Positions 26,346 through 39,831 are shown, numbered from the stretch's first letter. The stretch: 64,000 bases of DNA from Octopus vulgaris (GCA_951406725.2 OX597827.1:12710001-12774000), one strand, 5' to 3'. Notes: generated from the sequence alone by a model not told the origin. Translations and numbers: made by a program.

Positions 26346-27626
26346 ATGTATATATATTTATACATATGTGTATGTACACATGCATATGCATGTGTGTGTG
26401 TGTGTGTGTGTATATAGGATGTGGGTGTGCATTTGCATGCATGTGTGTGTGTGTGTGTGCATGCGTGCATGTAAATCAGTAAAACCGCTTGGCACTACCA
26501 GATCAACGTTGGTTGATGCTAAATGATTTTCGTTTCTCCTTTTGTTTTCAGTTTGTTGTTGTTGTTGCTGTTGTTGTTGCTGTTGTTGTTTTTATGTTGA
26601 ATCATTTCATTGAAAGTATCATGTGTGTCAACTTCTTTTTTTTGTTGTTATTGTTGTTGTTGTTGTTGTCTTTGTTATTGCATGATATTCTGTGTTGCAC
26701 ATGCTGAAAATGTTCTCTTCTTTTTTATTTTTTTTTTCAACAATATAGTTTTGTTTTCTTGTTACTCTTCTGCTTTGTTTGGAAATAGCATTCTCTGGCT
26801 GTGTTCTTTATGCCTGACTCATGCTAAAAGCAAGCACTAAAATATTCTGGGGTTTCCATCTTTTGCAGACTAAGAGAATATTATTCTATCACCAAAAATG
26901 TAACACACAGCAGAGCACCTTGCATTTAAATTATTTTAACTTTAGAAAACACAAGGCTTTATCATCTTTAGGAATCGTCATTAATATAATGCTGTCCTTG
27001 GTGCATCTTGTGTATGTGTGCATGTGTGTATGTGTGTGTGTGGGTGGGTGTTGGCGTGCATGTGTGTGTGTGCATGTATGCATGCATGTATGTGTGTGTG
27101 TGGGGGGGTGCATGTGTGTGTGTCTTATTTTACATGTGTACCATGTGTGATTGTGTTTATTATTTTTCTTTAAAATGTGATTTATTAAAACAAAAAAAAA
27201 GCATAAAAGAATAACAAAAGGCTAAAATGAAAATGAACAGGAATAAATTTTTTGAAAAAGATTATTTGAATTAATTAATAATCAATTAATTAATAAATAA
27301 TTTTATACTACAATCAGTGGCTTTTGAATAATTATTATTATCAGATATCACACTGCATCTCATTACAAGACAACGAGATGGACAGAATACGCCGCATGTG
27401 AAATTTGTGAAGAACATTTGAATACATTGCTTGTAATCTTCCGTACAGTGGCACTACGCAATATAGATCGCTGATATTGAATAACAGCGATCAGCTTTCA
27501 TTGAATAGACCTATGACACCGACATAATCAATTGAACAGACGATTCAATTAATATTTCTAGTCATATCCAACTAATCTTTATTGTGGGGATATGTTATCT
27601 TAAGATTATGAACTTCAAAACTTGCA

Positions 27627-27714
<88 letters not shown>

Positions 27715-28244
27715 TTCTCTCTCTCTCGGTCACCTCGTCTTTCTCTCAACGTTAACAAGGTTACTGAGTTTGCTAAGGTTTAGCGGTCACATTGAGTAGG
27801 TTCAGTGAGTGTATAAAATTTCCCTTTAATGGTTTGTGTAGCGAATTTTCTGTATTTCAATGTAATATATTAGTCTGTGCTTTCTTACCTGTGAAGTAAG
27901 AAATCTATTATTCGAAACAATGCCTGATTATACAGCATGTAAAAAAATTGAAGAATCTGAGAAAAAGAACCGAATATCTAATTAGTTTGGTTGCACCACG
28001 TTCTCCAGAGCATAAAATTTATTGAAATATATATTATTTAGTGAGATTTTCTTTTAATGGTTTTTAGCCAGATGACTGAAGGTAAAAACTTATAATACCT
28101 TTTCTGGTTTGTGGTTGTTGTTGTTGTTGTTGTCGTTGTCATTGTTGTTAAGACCTAGGTCAACCCTGATCTTGCAGGCTTGTGATCAAAAGTGTTTCAG
28201 CAATAATCAACCAATCTTTTATTCATAGACAGGGAACAAGCCCA

Positions 28245-28553
28245 TACTCTTTTACTCTTTTACTTGTTTCAGTCATTTGACTGTGGTCACGCTGGAGCAC
28301 CGCCTTTAGTTGGGCAAATCGACCCCAGGACTTATTCTTTGTAAGCTTAGTACTTATTCTATTGGTTTCTTTTGCCGAACTGCTAAGTTACGGGGACATA
28401 AACACACCAGCATCGGTTGTCAAGCAATGATGGGGAGACAAACATATAGGCTATAGTAGAAGACACTTGTGCCCAAGGTTCCACGCAGTGGGACTGAACC
28501 TGGAACCATGTGGTTGGTAAGCAAGCTACTTACCACACAGCCACTCCTGTGCC
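28245..28553 (-). mobile_element. SINE family A, internally deleted
   Basis: Homology to full copies. Confidence 0.85.
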
Positions 28554-28756
28554 TACATTACTGTATGCTTGTTGATAATGATAGTAAACAAAAAGTTCCT
28601 CTATATTCAAATTCCACCAAGGGCAACTTTGCTTTGCATCCTTTCAGGGTCGATAAAATAAGTACCAATTGAGTACTGGAGTCGATTTAATCAATTTACC
28701 CACCTCCTCCAGCATTGCTGACCTCATGCCAAAATTTGAAACCAATATTAAATATT

Positions 28757-29139
28757 GGCTGTGTGGTAAGTAGCTTGCTAACCAACCACATGGTTCCGGG
28801 TTCAGTCCCACTGTGTGGCATCTTGGGCAAGTGTCTTCTACTATAGCCTCGGGCCGACCAAAGCCTTGTGAGTGGATTTGGTAGACGGAAACTGAAAGAA
28901 GCCCATCGTATATATGTATATATATATATGTATGCGTGTGTGTGTTTGTGTGTTTGTGTTTGTCCCCATAGCATTGCTTGACAACCGATGCTGGTGTGTT
29001 TACCTCCCCATCACTTAGCAGTTCGGGAAAAAGAGACCAATAGAATAAGTCTCGGGGTCGAGTTGCTCAATTAAAGGCGGTGCTCCAGCATGGCCACTGT
29101 CAATTGACTGAAACAAGTAAAAGAGTAAAGAGTAAAAGA

Positions 29140-29140
<1 letters not shown>
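28757..29140 (+). mobile_element. SINE family A
   Basis: Near-full copy. Confidence 0.88.
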
Positions 29141-29174
<34 letters not shown>

Positions 29175-29176
<2 letters not shown>

Positions 29177-29430
29177 CATGGCTCAGGGATTAGAGTGTCA
29201 AGCTTACGATCGTGAGGTTGTGAGTTCAATTCCCAGACTGGGTTCCGTGTTGTGTTCTTGAGCAAGACACTTTATTTCACGTTGCTCCATTTCACTCAAC
29301 TGTAGAAATGAGTTGCAACATCAATTGTACCAAGCTGTAATGGCCTTTACCTTTCCCTTGGATAACACTGGTGGTGTGGATAGGAGAGGCCGGTATGCTT
29401 TGGTGACTGCTCATCTTCCATAAACAACCT
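29175..29430 (+). mobile_element. tRNA-derived SINE (family C-related; gttgtgttcttgagcaagacactttatttcacgttgctcc core)
   Basis: A and B boxes present; second copy at 60398-60718. Confidence 0.75.
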
Positions 29431-29568
29431 TGGGCTGACCAAAGCTTTGTGAGTGGATTTGGTCAATGGAAACTGAATGAAGCCCATCGTATGTATATAT
29501 ATATATGTATATATATGCATATATATGTATATCTATGTATATATATATATATATATATATATGTTTGG

Positions 29569-29636
<68 letters not shown>

Positions 29637-30295
29637 GTCTGTGTGTCTGTATTTGTCCTCCCATCAATGCTTGACAAGAGTGTTTACATCCCTGTAACTT
29701 AGCAGTTTGGAAAAAGAGACCAATAGCATAAGTCCTGGGTTGATTTGTTCAACTAAAGGTGGTGCTCCAGCATGGCTATAGTCATCATATGACTGAAACA
29801 AAAGAATAAAAGAATATTTATTTAAGGAAGTGAGCATGCTGAACTGTCAGCACACAAGGCAAAACTACTACGCGGTATTTTCATCTGTTTTTTTTTTTAT
29901 GTTCAGAGTTCAAATTCTGCCATGGTTGGCTATGCTTTTCGTACTTTCAGGGTCAATGAAATAAGTACCAGCTGAGCACTGGTGTCAATGTAACCAACTT
30001 ACCTTCACCCCTAAAATTGTAGGCCCGTGCCAAAATTTGAAACCAATATGATGTATATATAATAGAGTACCCATGAACCATTAAGTCACCAATAGTTCAA
30101 GGTACGAGAAAAAATCTACATATCTCGAGAAACTGTTGTCCAACTTATGTCACACTTGTTTCATTCTGTTTGTATTCATATTTCAATGGTAACCTTACTT
30201 TCAAAGTATCTTTGAATTATGCACCGATTTGGCTGTATTAAATTACAGACAAGCATGCGCACAAGCATGTTTAGTAGCATATAGATATAAAGGTG

Positions 30296-30329
<34 letters not shown>

Positions 30330-30453
30330 AGTTCAGCAAAATTTAGATTCACATGAATATGGTACTGAAGTTAAAGGCACCAGCATTTTGTATGGTATTA
30401 TCTTATAACACGTATAAGAAAGTGCATTGTCCGTTTAATTAAAAAATTCTATA

Positions 30454-30541
30454 TGTGGCTGAAGATTGCTCGACATTTTAAAACTGATGTAATACTTACA
30501 GTGTTTAATAAAATGAAGTTGCATGAAACAATTGTACTATA
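30454..30541 (+). ncRNA. Candidate type I hammerhead ribozyme with long stem II, in a (TA)n-flanked module at 30330-30575
   Basis: tgtgg-CTGAAGA-t[tgc..gac atttta aaactg..cagt gttt..taaaatg..gtt gca]t-GAAAC-aatt-GTA^ctata. Stems I, II and III all pair. Confidence 0.65.
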
Positions 30542-31229
30542 CTACCTTGGATATCCTTGTTGCTTATTTTGATTATATATATATATATATATACATACAC
30601 ATGTATGTATGTATATATATATATATATTTATTTATATATATATATACACATATATATTTATATATATATTACTAAAACTCTGTGATTGCTTGCGTACAT
30701 ATATATATGTGTGTGTGTGAGGGCCAGTCAGGCGGTACTGGCAATGGCACACTCAAATGGTGCTTTTTATGTGCCACCTGCACAGGAGCCAGTCCAGTGG
30801 CACTGGCAATGACCTCGCTCTAATGCTTTTTCACAAGCCACCAGCACAAGTGCCAGTAAGGCAATGCAGGTAATGATCACGCTTGAATGGTTCTTTTTAT
30901 GTGCCATCGGCACGGATACCAGTCATCGAATTTAATTTCGATTTCTATTTTACTTGCCTCAACAGGTCTTCTCAAGCAGAGTTTAGTGTCCACTGAAGGA
31001 AAGGTATGCATAAGTGGGTTGGTTACACCCCTGCCATTGCCCTCCCCCCTTTTCTTTCAAGATCCCAGCACAAGACATGGGACCTCCAAGCATGTTATGT
31101 CTCAGGTGACAACCAGGCCTTTCTAAACAACATTACAGACCATCATGTAAAGCAATGCACTGGAGACCTATAATATATTTTACCAACATCAAGCCACGTC
31201 TAATATATATATATAGATATATATAGAGA

Positions 31230-31622
31230 GATTAGCATTAAATCCCTAGATCCATGAGTCTCCTGGGTAACTGTGCTGTATGCTCACATCTCAAGACTGT
31301 ACAACTGAATACCTGAGTTGCTAGTACATTCAGCCGCCTCAGGCTTTAGATCAAAAAGGTTGAAAAATCACTGATCCATCCATCCAATGAAAAGCAGTTC
31401 TAAATGTAAGTTTATTCAAACCACAGCATATATTGATTAGCATTGGATCCTTTGAGTCATGAGGCTCCTGGGAAGATGTGTCATATGCCCACGTCTTAAG
31501 ACAGTACAGCTGACTACTTTTTTGCTCATACATTCGGCAAGCTCAGGCTACAGATCACAAAAGGCTGAAACATCACTGATCTATCAGATAAATATCAGTT
31601 CTAAATGTAAGTTTATTCAACT
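31230..31622. repeat. Diverged tandem duplication, two units of about 205 bp
   Basis: Both units run attagcatt...catgag.ctcctggg...tcactgatc...cagttctaaatgtaagtttattcaa. Confidence 0.8.
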
Positions 31623-32139
31623 GGCTTATGCAACTTGTATACAAAAAGAGGACTGAACCATAGATGAAAGATAACAGTATTCATTGTAATCTGGCTTACA
31701 TCCTTGTCGTATTTATGGTGAAATAATAGCATCTTCTATTTGACTAAATTATAATAAAATTTCTTTTTTGAACAAATGAAATACAGTATTTCATAATACA
31801 TAACATAGCTTCATATGAATTATCTCAATTCATAGATCTTCTCTGACTATTATTATCATATATGTTAAAAAGAGAAAAAGAAATGCTAATATATTTGTTT
31901 ATGTTTTATTGATTCAATATTTAAAAAAGAAAAATACATTCTTCTTATGTGTTTTTTTATTATTATTATTATTTTTCTCTTTAAATCTTTTAATATTTTT
32001 CATACTGGAAATAGAATTTCCTTTCACAGCTAGTCTAAACATTAAAGTATGGTGTTCCCTCCACCCCTGGCATACTTCCTTCAAGAGAAACCAAAAATTT
32101 TCTTCATACACATTTCGAAGGCAGCAAGTCATATATATA

Positions 32140-32196
<57 letters not shown>

Positions 32197-32849
32197 GACA
32201 CATATATACATAAACAGACATACATGTATACATACACACATACACACATATATGTATATATATATATGTACATATTTCCTTCTATAATTTTTGTGTATGT
32301 ATTGATTCTCTTTTCACTGTCTTGTGAAATCATTTTGTTTTGAACCCAACTTGTTGGAAGCCATCACCTGCAAATACAAATAACTTTTACCACACCATAT
32401 TTGGATTCCCTTAAGCATTAATAAATATTAATGAACAAACAAATAAACCTATTTTGGTGAGGACACACGCACACATACACACACATATACACACACATAA
32501 ATATATACATATAATACACACACACACACATACATACATATAATACACACATATATACATATAATACACACACAGATGTTTATATATACACACACTCATG
32601 CCAAACATATTTCATATCTATATATACACAGTTTTATCGAATGTGTAATTGAATGGAAGAATATCTCATGTCACTATATGTTCATATCGATATGAATGTA
32701 TGTATTATCAAATTAGCTGTTTGTCTGTGAGTATTTAGCATTTTTCTTTCTTATTCACACACATATATTTCTTTATTTCATGTACAGAGAAATACATACT
32801 TTCATACACATGTAGACATATCTATGTATATATACATATATACATATAT

Positions 32850-32940
<91 letters not shown>

Positions 32941-33249
32941 ACATGTATACATTTATATATATACATATATACATACATACACACACATATATATATATAT
33001 ATGCATATATTCATATACCCATAATCTTCTACATAGTTAAAACACATGCACATACTCACACACATATATATCTTATCATTTTGTGCATTTCAAAAACACT
33101 TATATGTATAAACACATTGAAACAATTTTTATAATTATATACAGAAATCATTAACAAATATGCATATATACATTCATATGTACATTGCCAAGTTGAATAT
33201 ACAATTCACTGAAAAAAATTGTACATACATACATACATACGTACATACT

Positions 33250-33301
<52 letters not shown>

Positions 33302-33318
33302 TAACCACACACACACAC

Positions 33319-33364
<46 letters not shown>

Positions 33365-33398
33365 CATATATATATATACATACATACACATACTTATA

Positions 33399-33514
33399 CA
33401 CTGTGTGTGCACAAAGTCATGGTAAGGAATTCAGACTATTTATTGATGTAGCTCAATACATATGCACATCAATAAATGGTTTTGAAAACCCACCAAAACT
33501 TTACAGACACACTG
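33399..33514. mobile_element. Small palindromic Tc1/mariner-like MITE
   Basis: ta|cactgtgtgtgcacaaagt ... actttacagacacactg|ta, with an internal inverted repeat tatttattgatgt / acatcaataaatg. Confidence 0.6.
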
Positions 33515-33549
33515 TATGTATATATATATATATATATATAAATATATAT

Positions 33550-33838
33550 ATAAAATTTAATAAGGGTAGAAATTGATATTAATCAATTAAAACCATTGGC
33601 ATAACATATTAAAAAAATCCGAAGATTAAAATATTTTTACTTACAAAATTTAAAGGACTAACCACTAAAAGTGGACAGTCAACATGCTAGATATAGACAT
33701 CAAAATCGCTATTTTCCACGAAGAATGTGTTCTCAAACCAAACTTTGGTTTGTGCTGGGAAATAGCGATTTTGATGTCTATATCTTGTATGTTGACCGTT
33801 CACTTTTAGTGGTCAGTCCTTTAAATTTTGTATGTATA
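33550..33838. mobile_element. Fold-back element (about 80-bp arms) between (TA)n tracts
   Basis: 33638-33718 is the approximate reverse complement of 33756-33836. On the minus strand it shares ttgagaaca..ttctt.gtgg with the 15256 element. Confidence 0.75.
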
Positions 33839-33871
33839 AATATATATATATATATATACATACGTACATAC

Positions 33872-33902
<31 letters not shown>

Positions 33903-34402
33903 TGTATATATATATGTATATATATATATATATGTATGAATGTATATATATATATATATATATATATTTATACATACATATATACATATATATATATACA
34001 TATATACATATATATATATACATATCCATACATATACACATGCACATATATATCATTAAGTAAAATAATTGATAAAATGAGTACTCAACATCATATTGGT
34101 GGATAATTCTTTTTAATATAATTAGGAAACCAGAGAAGTATATATATGCGCATGTGTGTATACCTACACACACACACACACATATATGTATATATAAAGA
34201 GATGCACATATATACACACACATGCACACACAAATGAAATGAACTGATATGTATGCGTGAGTGTTTATGGTAACATGTATCTACAAGCATTTGTGTGTGC
34301 GCGAATATATATAAACAGACGTCAATATATATGATGAACATTTATATTTACATATGTATATATGTATATGTATATATATACATATATATATATGTGGATG
34401 TA

Positions 34403-34449
<47 letters not shown>

Positions 34450-35195
34450 TATGTTTACATGAGCCTGGATGTGAGATGTGGGCATTGCACCTGTATATGT
34501 ACATGAATAATTTTTTTTGATGAAGTAATCCATACTTTGATTGTGACATATTGAACTGTAGATCAATATATAAGTGTAGGTATTGATATTTGTCTTCAGT
34601 ATCATCCAAGATATGTACAAAGAATTTGCTGACCAACATGGAATTCAATAATCCTTGGGTGTGCTCTTTTAATAGTTCAAATAGTTGACACAGGTTTTAT
34701 TGTAGTTGCTGCTTTTGTTATTGTTGTTGCAATTTAGCTCCCTCTCATTTCAAACCTAATTGTCGAAACCAATGGTCAAGGACACTCTCGCCATGACCAA
34801 CCCATCTTTTATGGTTATATTTTCGAACACATTATCCAGTGTGCTATTTTCTTTCGTTATTTAAAACCATAGAATATTATTTCAGGGAGATTTAGCTGTT
34901 ATTTCTAGTAAGGTCAATGACATTATAGAGCAGGCATAGGCAGCCTTTTTCAAGAAGTGGGCTCCTTGAGACATGGCTCATTATCAGATAAGTCACTGTA
35001 GTTAAGCAATTAAAGGTAATTGTTTTATTTGATGTGCCGTTCAGAAAGTCTCATGGACTACAGTTTTGTCTTGACTGACATAGAAGATTCCTCATTAGTT
35101 TATAGTTCATATTGATCATCACACATAGCAGACTAGAACCTTTATAGTTTTCAAAGCCACAGTGCCATCAATACTTAACCGAAGCCAATTTTCAC

Positions 35196-35423
35196 TTAAC
35201 TCTTTAGTGTTCGCATTATTCTGCCAAAATTAATCCTTTTTTATCTAAATTGTTTTGAACTAATCATGCATTATCTTGAATCTATGAGATTTTGATGAGG
35301 TACCTGTAATTTTTAAAACGATATTGTAGGGTTAGTGTGAGAGACCAGATCTGGCCAGTCTGACCATAAAACAAGCAGAATACTTTTGGCCGGATATGGC
35401 CAGTTTAAATGCTAAAGGGTTAA
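35196..35423. mobile_element. piggyBac-like MITE, second family
   Basis: ttaactctttag ... ctaaagggttaa; a partial copy lies at about 19425-19580. Confidence 0.7.
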
Positions 35424-35857
35424 GGTTTACTTTACCTTTCAGCCATCTTTCTTACAAAGGCCCGCAATAAACTGTGATTTGATTCATTTCATTACACCCC
35501 ACTTTGGTTCGTCTTAGAAGAGAAAAAAAACCCCCAAAAAAACTGTTAATTAAATTAGAATAATTCAGTGAAGACGATCCAAGGAAATTAATGAGAGTCT
35601 GTGTCTGCAATTAATGAGTATTAACAGTTCAGAAATGGAATAAATTAGTTCCTTAACCAACAAAGAAAACTGAAGGAAAAGTTTCAAGCAGGACCCTTGA
35701 TCCTGCCAAAGAGTGCCTTCAGAACAGCAAACCAAATGTTTTGAACTGTTTAAATCAAAATACTTTTGAGTTCATAAATGATTATTGTTGTTGCTGTTGT
35801 TCTTTCTCATGGTGCAATCTTTTACATTTTTTGTTGGGTTTTTTTTCTAATAGAAAT

Positions 35858-35995
35858 TTCTTCTTCTTCTTCTTCTTCTTCTTCTTCTTCTTCTTCTTCT
35901 TCTTCTTCTTCTTCTTCTTCTTCTTCTTCTTCTTCTTCTTCTTCTTCTTCTTCTTCTTCTTCTTCTTCTTCTTCTTCTTCTTCTTCTTCTTCTTC
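35858..35995. repeat. Perfect (TTC)n tract
   Basis: Read directly. Confidence 0.97.
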
Positions 35996-36464
35996 TCCTA
36001 AGCACCAAACACACTCATGACAGTCTCAGAAGCATATGTTCCTGCCAACCCAGAGACAAAGGACCCGACTGCTCTGTTATTATCATTATTTTACCAAGCT
36101 GGCAGACTGGCAGAATTGTTGGCACCTCAGAAAATATTCTCCTGGGGTTGACTTTGCCTTTCATCCTTTCAGGTCAGCAAAATAGGATTATATTGAACAC
36201 TGGGATCAATATAATCAACTTATCCCCTCCCCTTAAATTTCTGGTCCTGTGTTAAAATTTGAAGACGATATTGTATTTATTTTGCCAAAGTAGGCAAGTT
36301 GGCAGAATTGTTAGTATGTCACACAAAATTATATCAAGATCGACTTTGCCATTCAACCTTTCTGGGTCGATAAAATAATTACCGGTTGAACGCTGGGGTC
36401 AATGTAATCAACTTACCCCCCTCCCTCAAATGTGCTGGCCTTGTGCCAAAATTTGAGGCCACTA

Positions 36465-36832
36465 TTATTACCTCTGCCTTAGCGAAGGCAGAGGTATTGT
36501 TTCCAGTCTTGTTTGCCTGTCCATGGATAAGATATCTCAAGAACCGCAGAATGGATTCGGATCGGATGAAACTTTTAGAGATTTTTGGCCTTGTGACTGA
36601 CACAAACCAATTAGATTTGAAAATCAATCCAGTACCGGACAAGGATTCGGGATTATATTTCCTGCGTTTTTACTTAATTTTTGAGAGCGGTCAGGTTCAT
36701 TTGCAGTGTTCTCTTTTGTGAGAGGAGTCGAGTTTATTTAAGATATTCTCATTTTAAAAAATCATCTCTGGCTAATCCGTGAAAGGACGTTGGTATTGCG
36801 TTGGTGGAGGTTTGTGCTCTCTGAGTGTTTTT
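36465..36832 (+). mobile_element. Helentron-associated (HINE/DINE-1-like) non-autonomous element
   Basis: 5' ttattacctctgcc-ttagcgaa-ggcagaggta hairpin, 3' subTIR ggtggaggt and terminal hairpin gtgctctctgagtgt, followed by a T run. Confidence 0.7.
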
Positions 36833-37337
36833 GTTATTATTTTGTTAAGGTGGAAAACTGGCAGAATTGTTAGCATGTCAGACAAAATGCAAAGTAACAA
36901 TTCTCCAGCTCTTTACAATTCTGAGTTCAAACTCTACCAAGTTTACTTTTCCCTTGTTGCTTTCTTGTCAGAGTTGATGAAATAAGCACCAGTCAAATAC
37001 AGTGGTTGATGCGATCAAATTGTCCCCTCCCATTAAAATCGTTGACCTTGTGCCTAAATTAAAAGGAATTATTTTCCTGTTTTTGAGCAGCAGTTAAGAT
37101 TTTCTTGAAGTTCATTGTTTTGTTTAAATATTCTTCTTGTTGTTGCTTTAGTTCTTTATCTGGAGATTCTCACAGTCAATAGATTTTTTAAAATCTTTTA
37201 CAATGGCTTGTATTGTTATAGTGTTGTTATTGTTGTTTATGATTGTCATTGTCTATCATTGCTACTATTGTTGTTGTTAGTATTTTGCTCTGAAGTTTCA
37301 CCTGTGATGTAGTCATATGATCAAAGATGCTCCAGAC

Positions 37338-37537
37338 CAGTGCTTTTCAAACTTTTTGCTGGAGCGGAACCCCAAGGAAACATTCCACTGGCCCGAGGAA
37401 CCCCTGTGCAATAATTTAATTGTCTTATGCACCCATATCTGCACAGGGGAATTAAAAATTACTGCCGATTTTAGCAGTTTTGTAACTTCTTGCGGAACCC
37501 CTGACTGTACTGGCGGAACCCTTGTTGAAAACCACTG
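37338..37537. mobile_element. hAT-type MITE
   Basis: Same family as 2338; perfect 8-bp TSD ctccagac. Confidence 0.9.
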
Positions 37538-39831
37538 CTCCAGACTGACCCATCCTAGCCAGTCTTTTTGTATATATATCAGAGCTAATTGCATCATCCA
37601 ATGTGATTTCTTTCTTTTCCTTTGAAGACAACTGGGTGTGACATGACTTGACGAAGATTTGGCTGCTATTTCTAGCAGTTCTAGACTGAAACCTCCCTCA
37701 TAAGCTCAACTGTCATTGATATTGCTGACATTGTTGTTGCTGTTGCTGCTGTTGCTTACCCCAGGTCAGTCCTGCTAGAATAGACTCATGATCAAACCCT
37801 TCAGATTACATTATTCGATGTCATTTTTTAAATTGCTGGAGCATGATTTGAAGGATTTTAAGCTGCTATTTCTAGCAGGTCAAGTGACCTGCTAGAATAT
37901 TGTTGCAATATTTACTTTGAATGCTATTCTTATTATCATTGTTGTTCTGGTTGCTGCTTCAACTGCTGTTGTCGTTGTTATTATTGTTATTCTCTTTGAA
38001 TTCATTGTTTTTATTATTGTTATAGTCATTCTAACATTCTAGCCATGACCATCCCACCTTTTCAGACATAGTTTAGCTTGGACCACAATACTGAGAGTAT
38101 CCTTTGGATTTCCCATTCATTTTTTCTTAATAAGGTAGAGTGTGATTTCAAGAGAAACATTGCTGCTATTTCTAGCAGTCTGATATGACCACATAGTGGC
38201 TTGCTCGCATAGTATAGCTGGTAGTGATGATGGTGGTGAAGGAAAAAGCAATGTTGGTACGTAGTATTTAGGACTATAACAGTAATAACAGAGGAGAATC
38301 TCATGGCAGAAATAGAAAATGCTAGTTAATAAAAGAAATTTAACGAATATGTTAACAATTAACTGAAAGTGATGCTGAACAGATTGTTGATGTTGTTGAT
38401 GTTGTTGTTGTTGTTGTTGTTGTTTTTGTTGATTTGTGGGATATTTGACTGCTATTTCTAGCAGATTGAGTGACCACATAAAAGGGCTTCTTACAAAGGT
38501 CAACAAACTGGACTCTGAGAAAAAGACAATAGCCGACAGAGCTAGCTTGTTGTTTTTTTTTTTGGTATCATTATTTTTGTTTTAGACACGAAAATAATAG
38601 CATGTCAGAATTTGTGTAAGATGGGTACTTGAAAGGAAAGGGGTAGTGAGAGATTTTCTTTTCTTTTTTGTGAGTTTTTTTTTTTTTTATATTTTTACAT
38701 TAACCAGTCCAGGTATTTAAAAAAAAAAAAATAAAAAATAAAAGATCGATAAAAAGAAAATACGCAAAGAAAAATGTCTCTCTGCTTACAAAAATACACA
38801 CTGTAAAGTTTTCCAAGGGATACCATCAGCATTAAGAATACATAGTTAAGGGCAGGCTTAATAATATAGTGTAGTAATCCCCTCTCACAAAAAAAAAAAA
38901 AAAAAAAAAAAAGGAAAAAATTTGGGGGGTTCATTATATTATATTAGTTTTAGCTTGCCCTTTAGTGAAACATACCACCTTGACAACTGATTGCAAAATA
39001 TTCTCTCCCAGGAGAGAGAGACACAAGTTCTGCAAATATCTCAGCTGTCTTTTTTTTGTTTGTTTTTTTGTTTTTGTTTTTTTTTTTTATTTTTTGATAT
39101 TTTCCCCCTTCTTTTTTTCTTTATTTTTTTTGTTCTTTTCAATGATCAGGATTTTATCCATGGGGGACATTCGGTCAGTTGTCACATTCACTTACTGCTG
39201 TGTGTTCTGGACAAAAACTGCATAGTACAGATATTGTTGTTGTTGTTGTTGTTGCTAGTGGTGACGGAGGTGGTGGTGGTGGCATTGGTGGTAGTGGTGG
39301 TAACGGTGTTGGGTAATGGTGTTCATGTCAGCGGTGATGGTAGTAAAGGTGATGGCAATAGTGATGATGATGGTGACGGTGATGCTGGTGGTGGTGGTGG
39401 TTTTGGTGGTGGTGGTGGTGTTGGTAGTGGTGGTGACGGGTGTCTGTCTCCATGAATGTTGTCAGAGATGTTCAGTTCTGTCCCTTTCCTGATGTTGATA
39501 ATGTTCTGGTCTTAGTTCTTTTATGTGCTACAAATTATCAGAAGCAAAGAAAAAAAAAAAAGAAAGAAGATTTTTGAGTCTGTAAGAGAATGTCAAACGC
39601 TGGCAAAAAATAATAACAATAACAATAACAATAATATCAAAAAAAGAACAATAGAACAGTGTAGAGAAAGAAAAGCATGACAATCGGAATGACAATGAAA
39701 ACAAGCAACATTAAATACAAGACAAGCTGAAACAGGAACCATCAAAGAAAACAAGGAAAAGGAGCCATGTTAGAAATATGAAAAACATTGGCATCTAGGG
39801 GAAGAGAAAAAAAAAAACGTGGGATGTAAAA

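Noticed and set aside
26487-26526. cttggcact (miR-96/263-like seed) in a small hairpin
   Set aside because: The hairpin is about 40 nt, the mature sequence would run through the loop, and the rest does not match the family as I recall it.
38695-38934. Hydrophobic minus-strand ORF with a GTAAGC donor
   Set aside because: No recognisable homology and a weak acceptor context.
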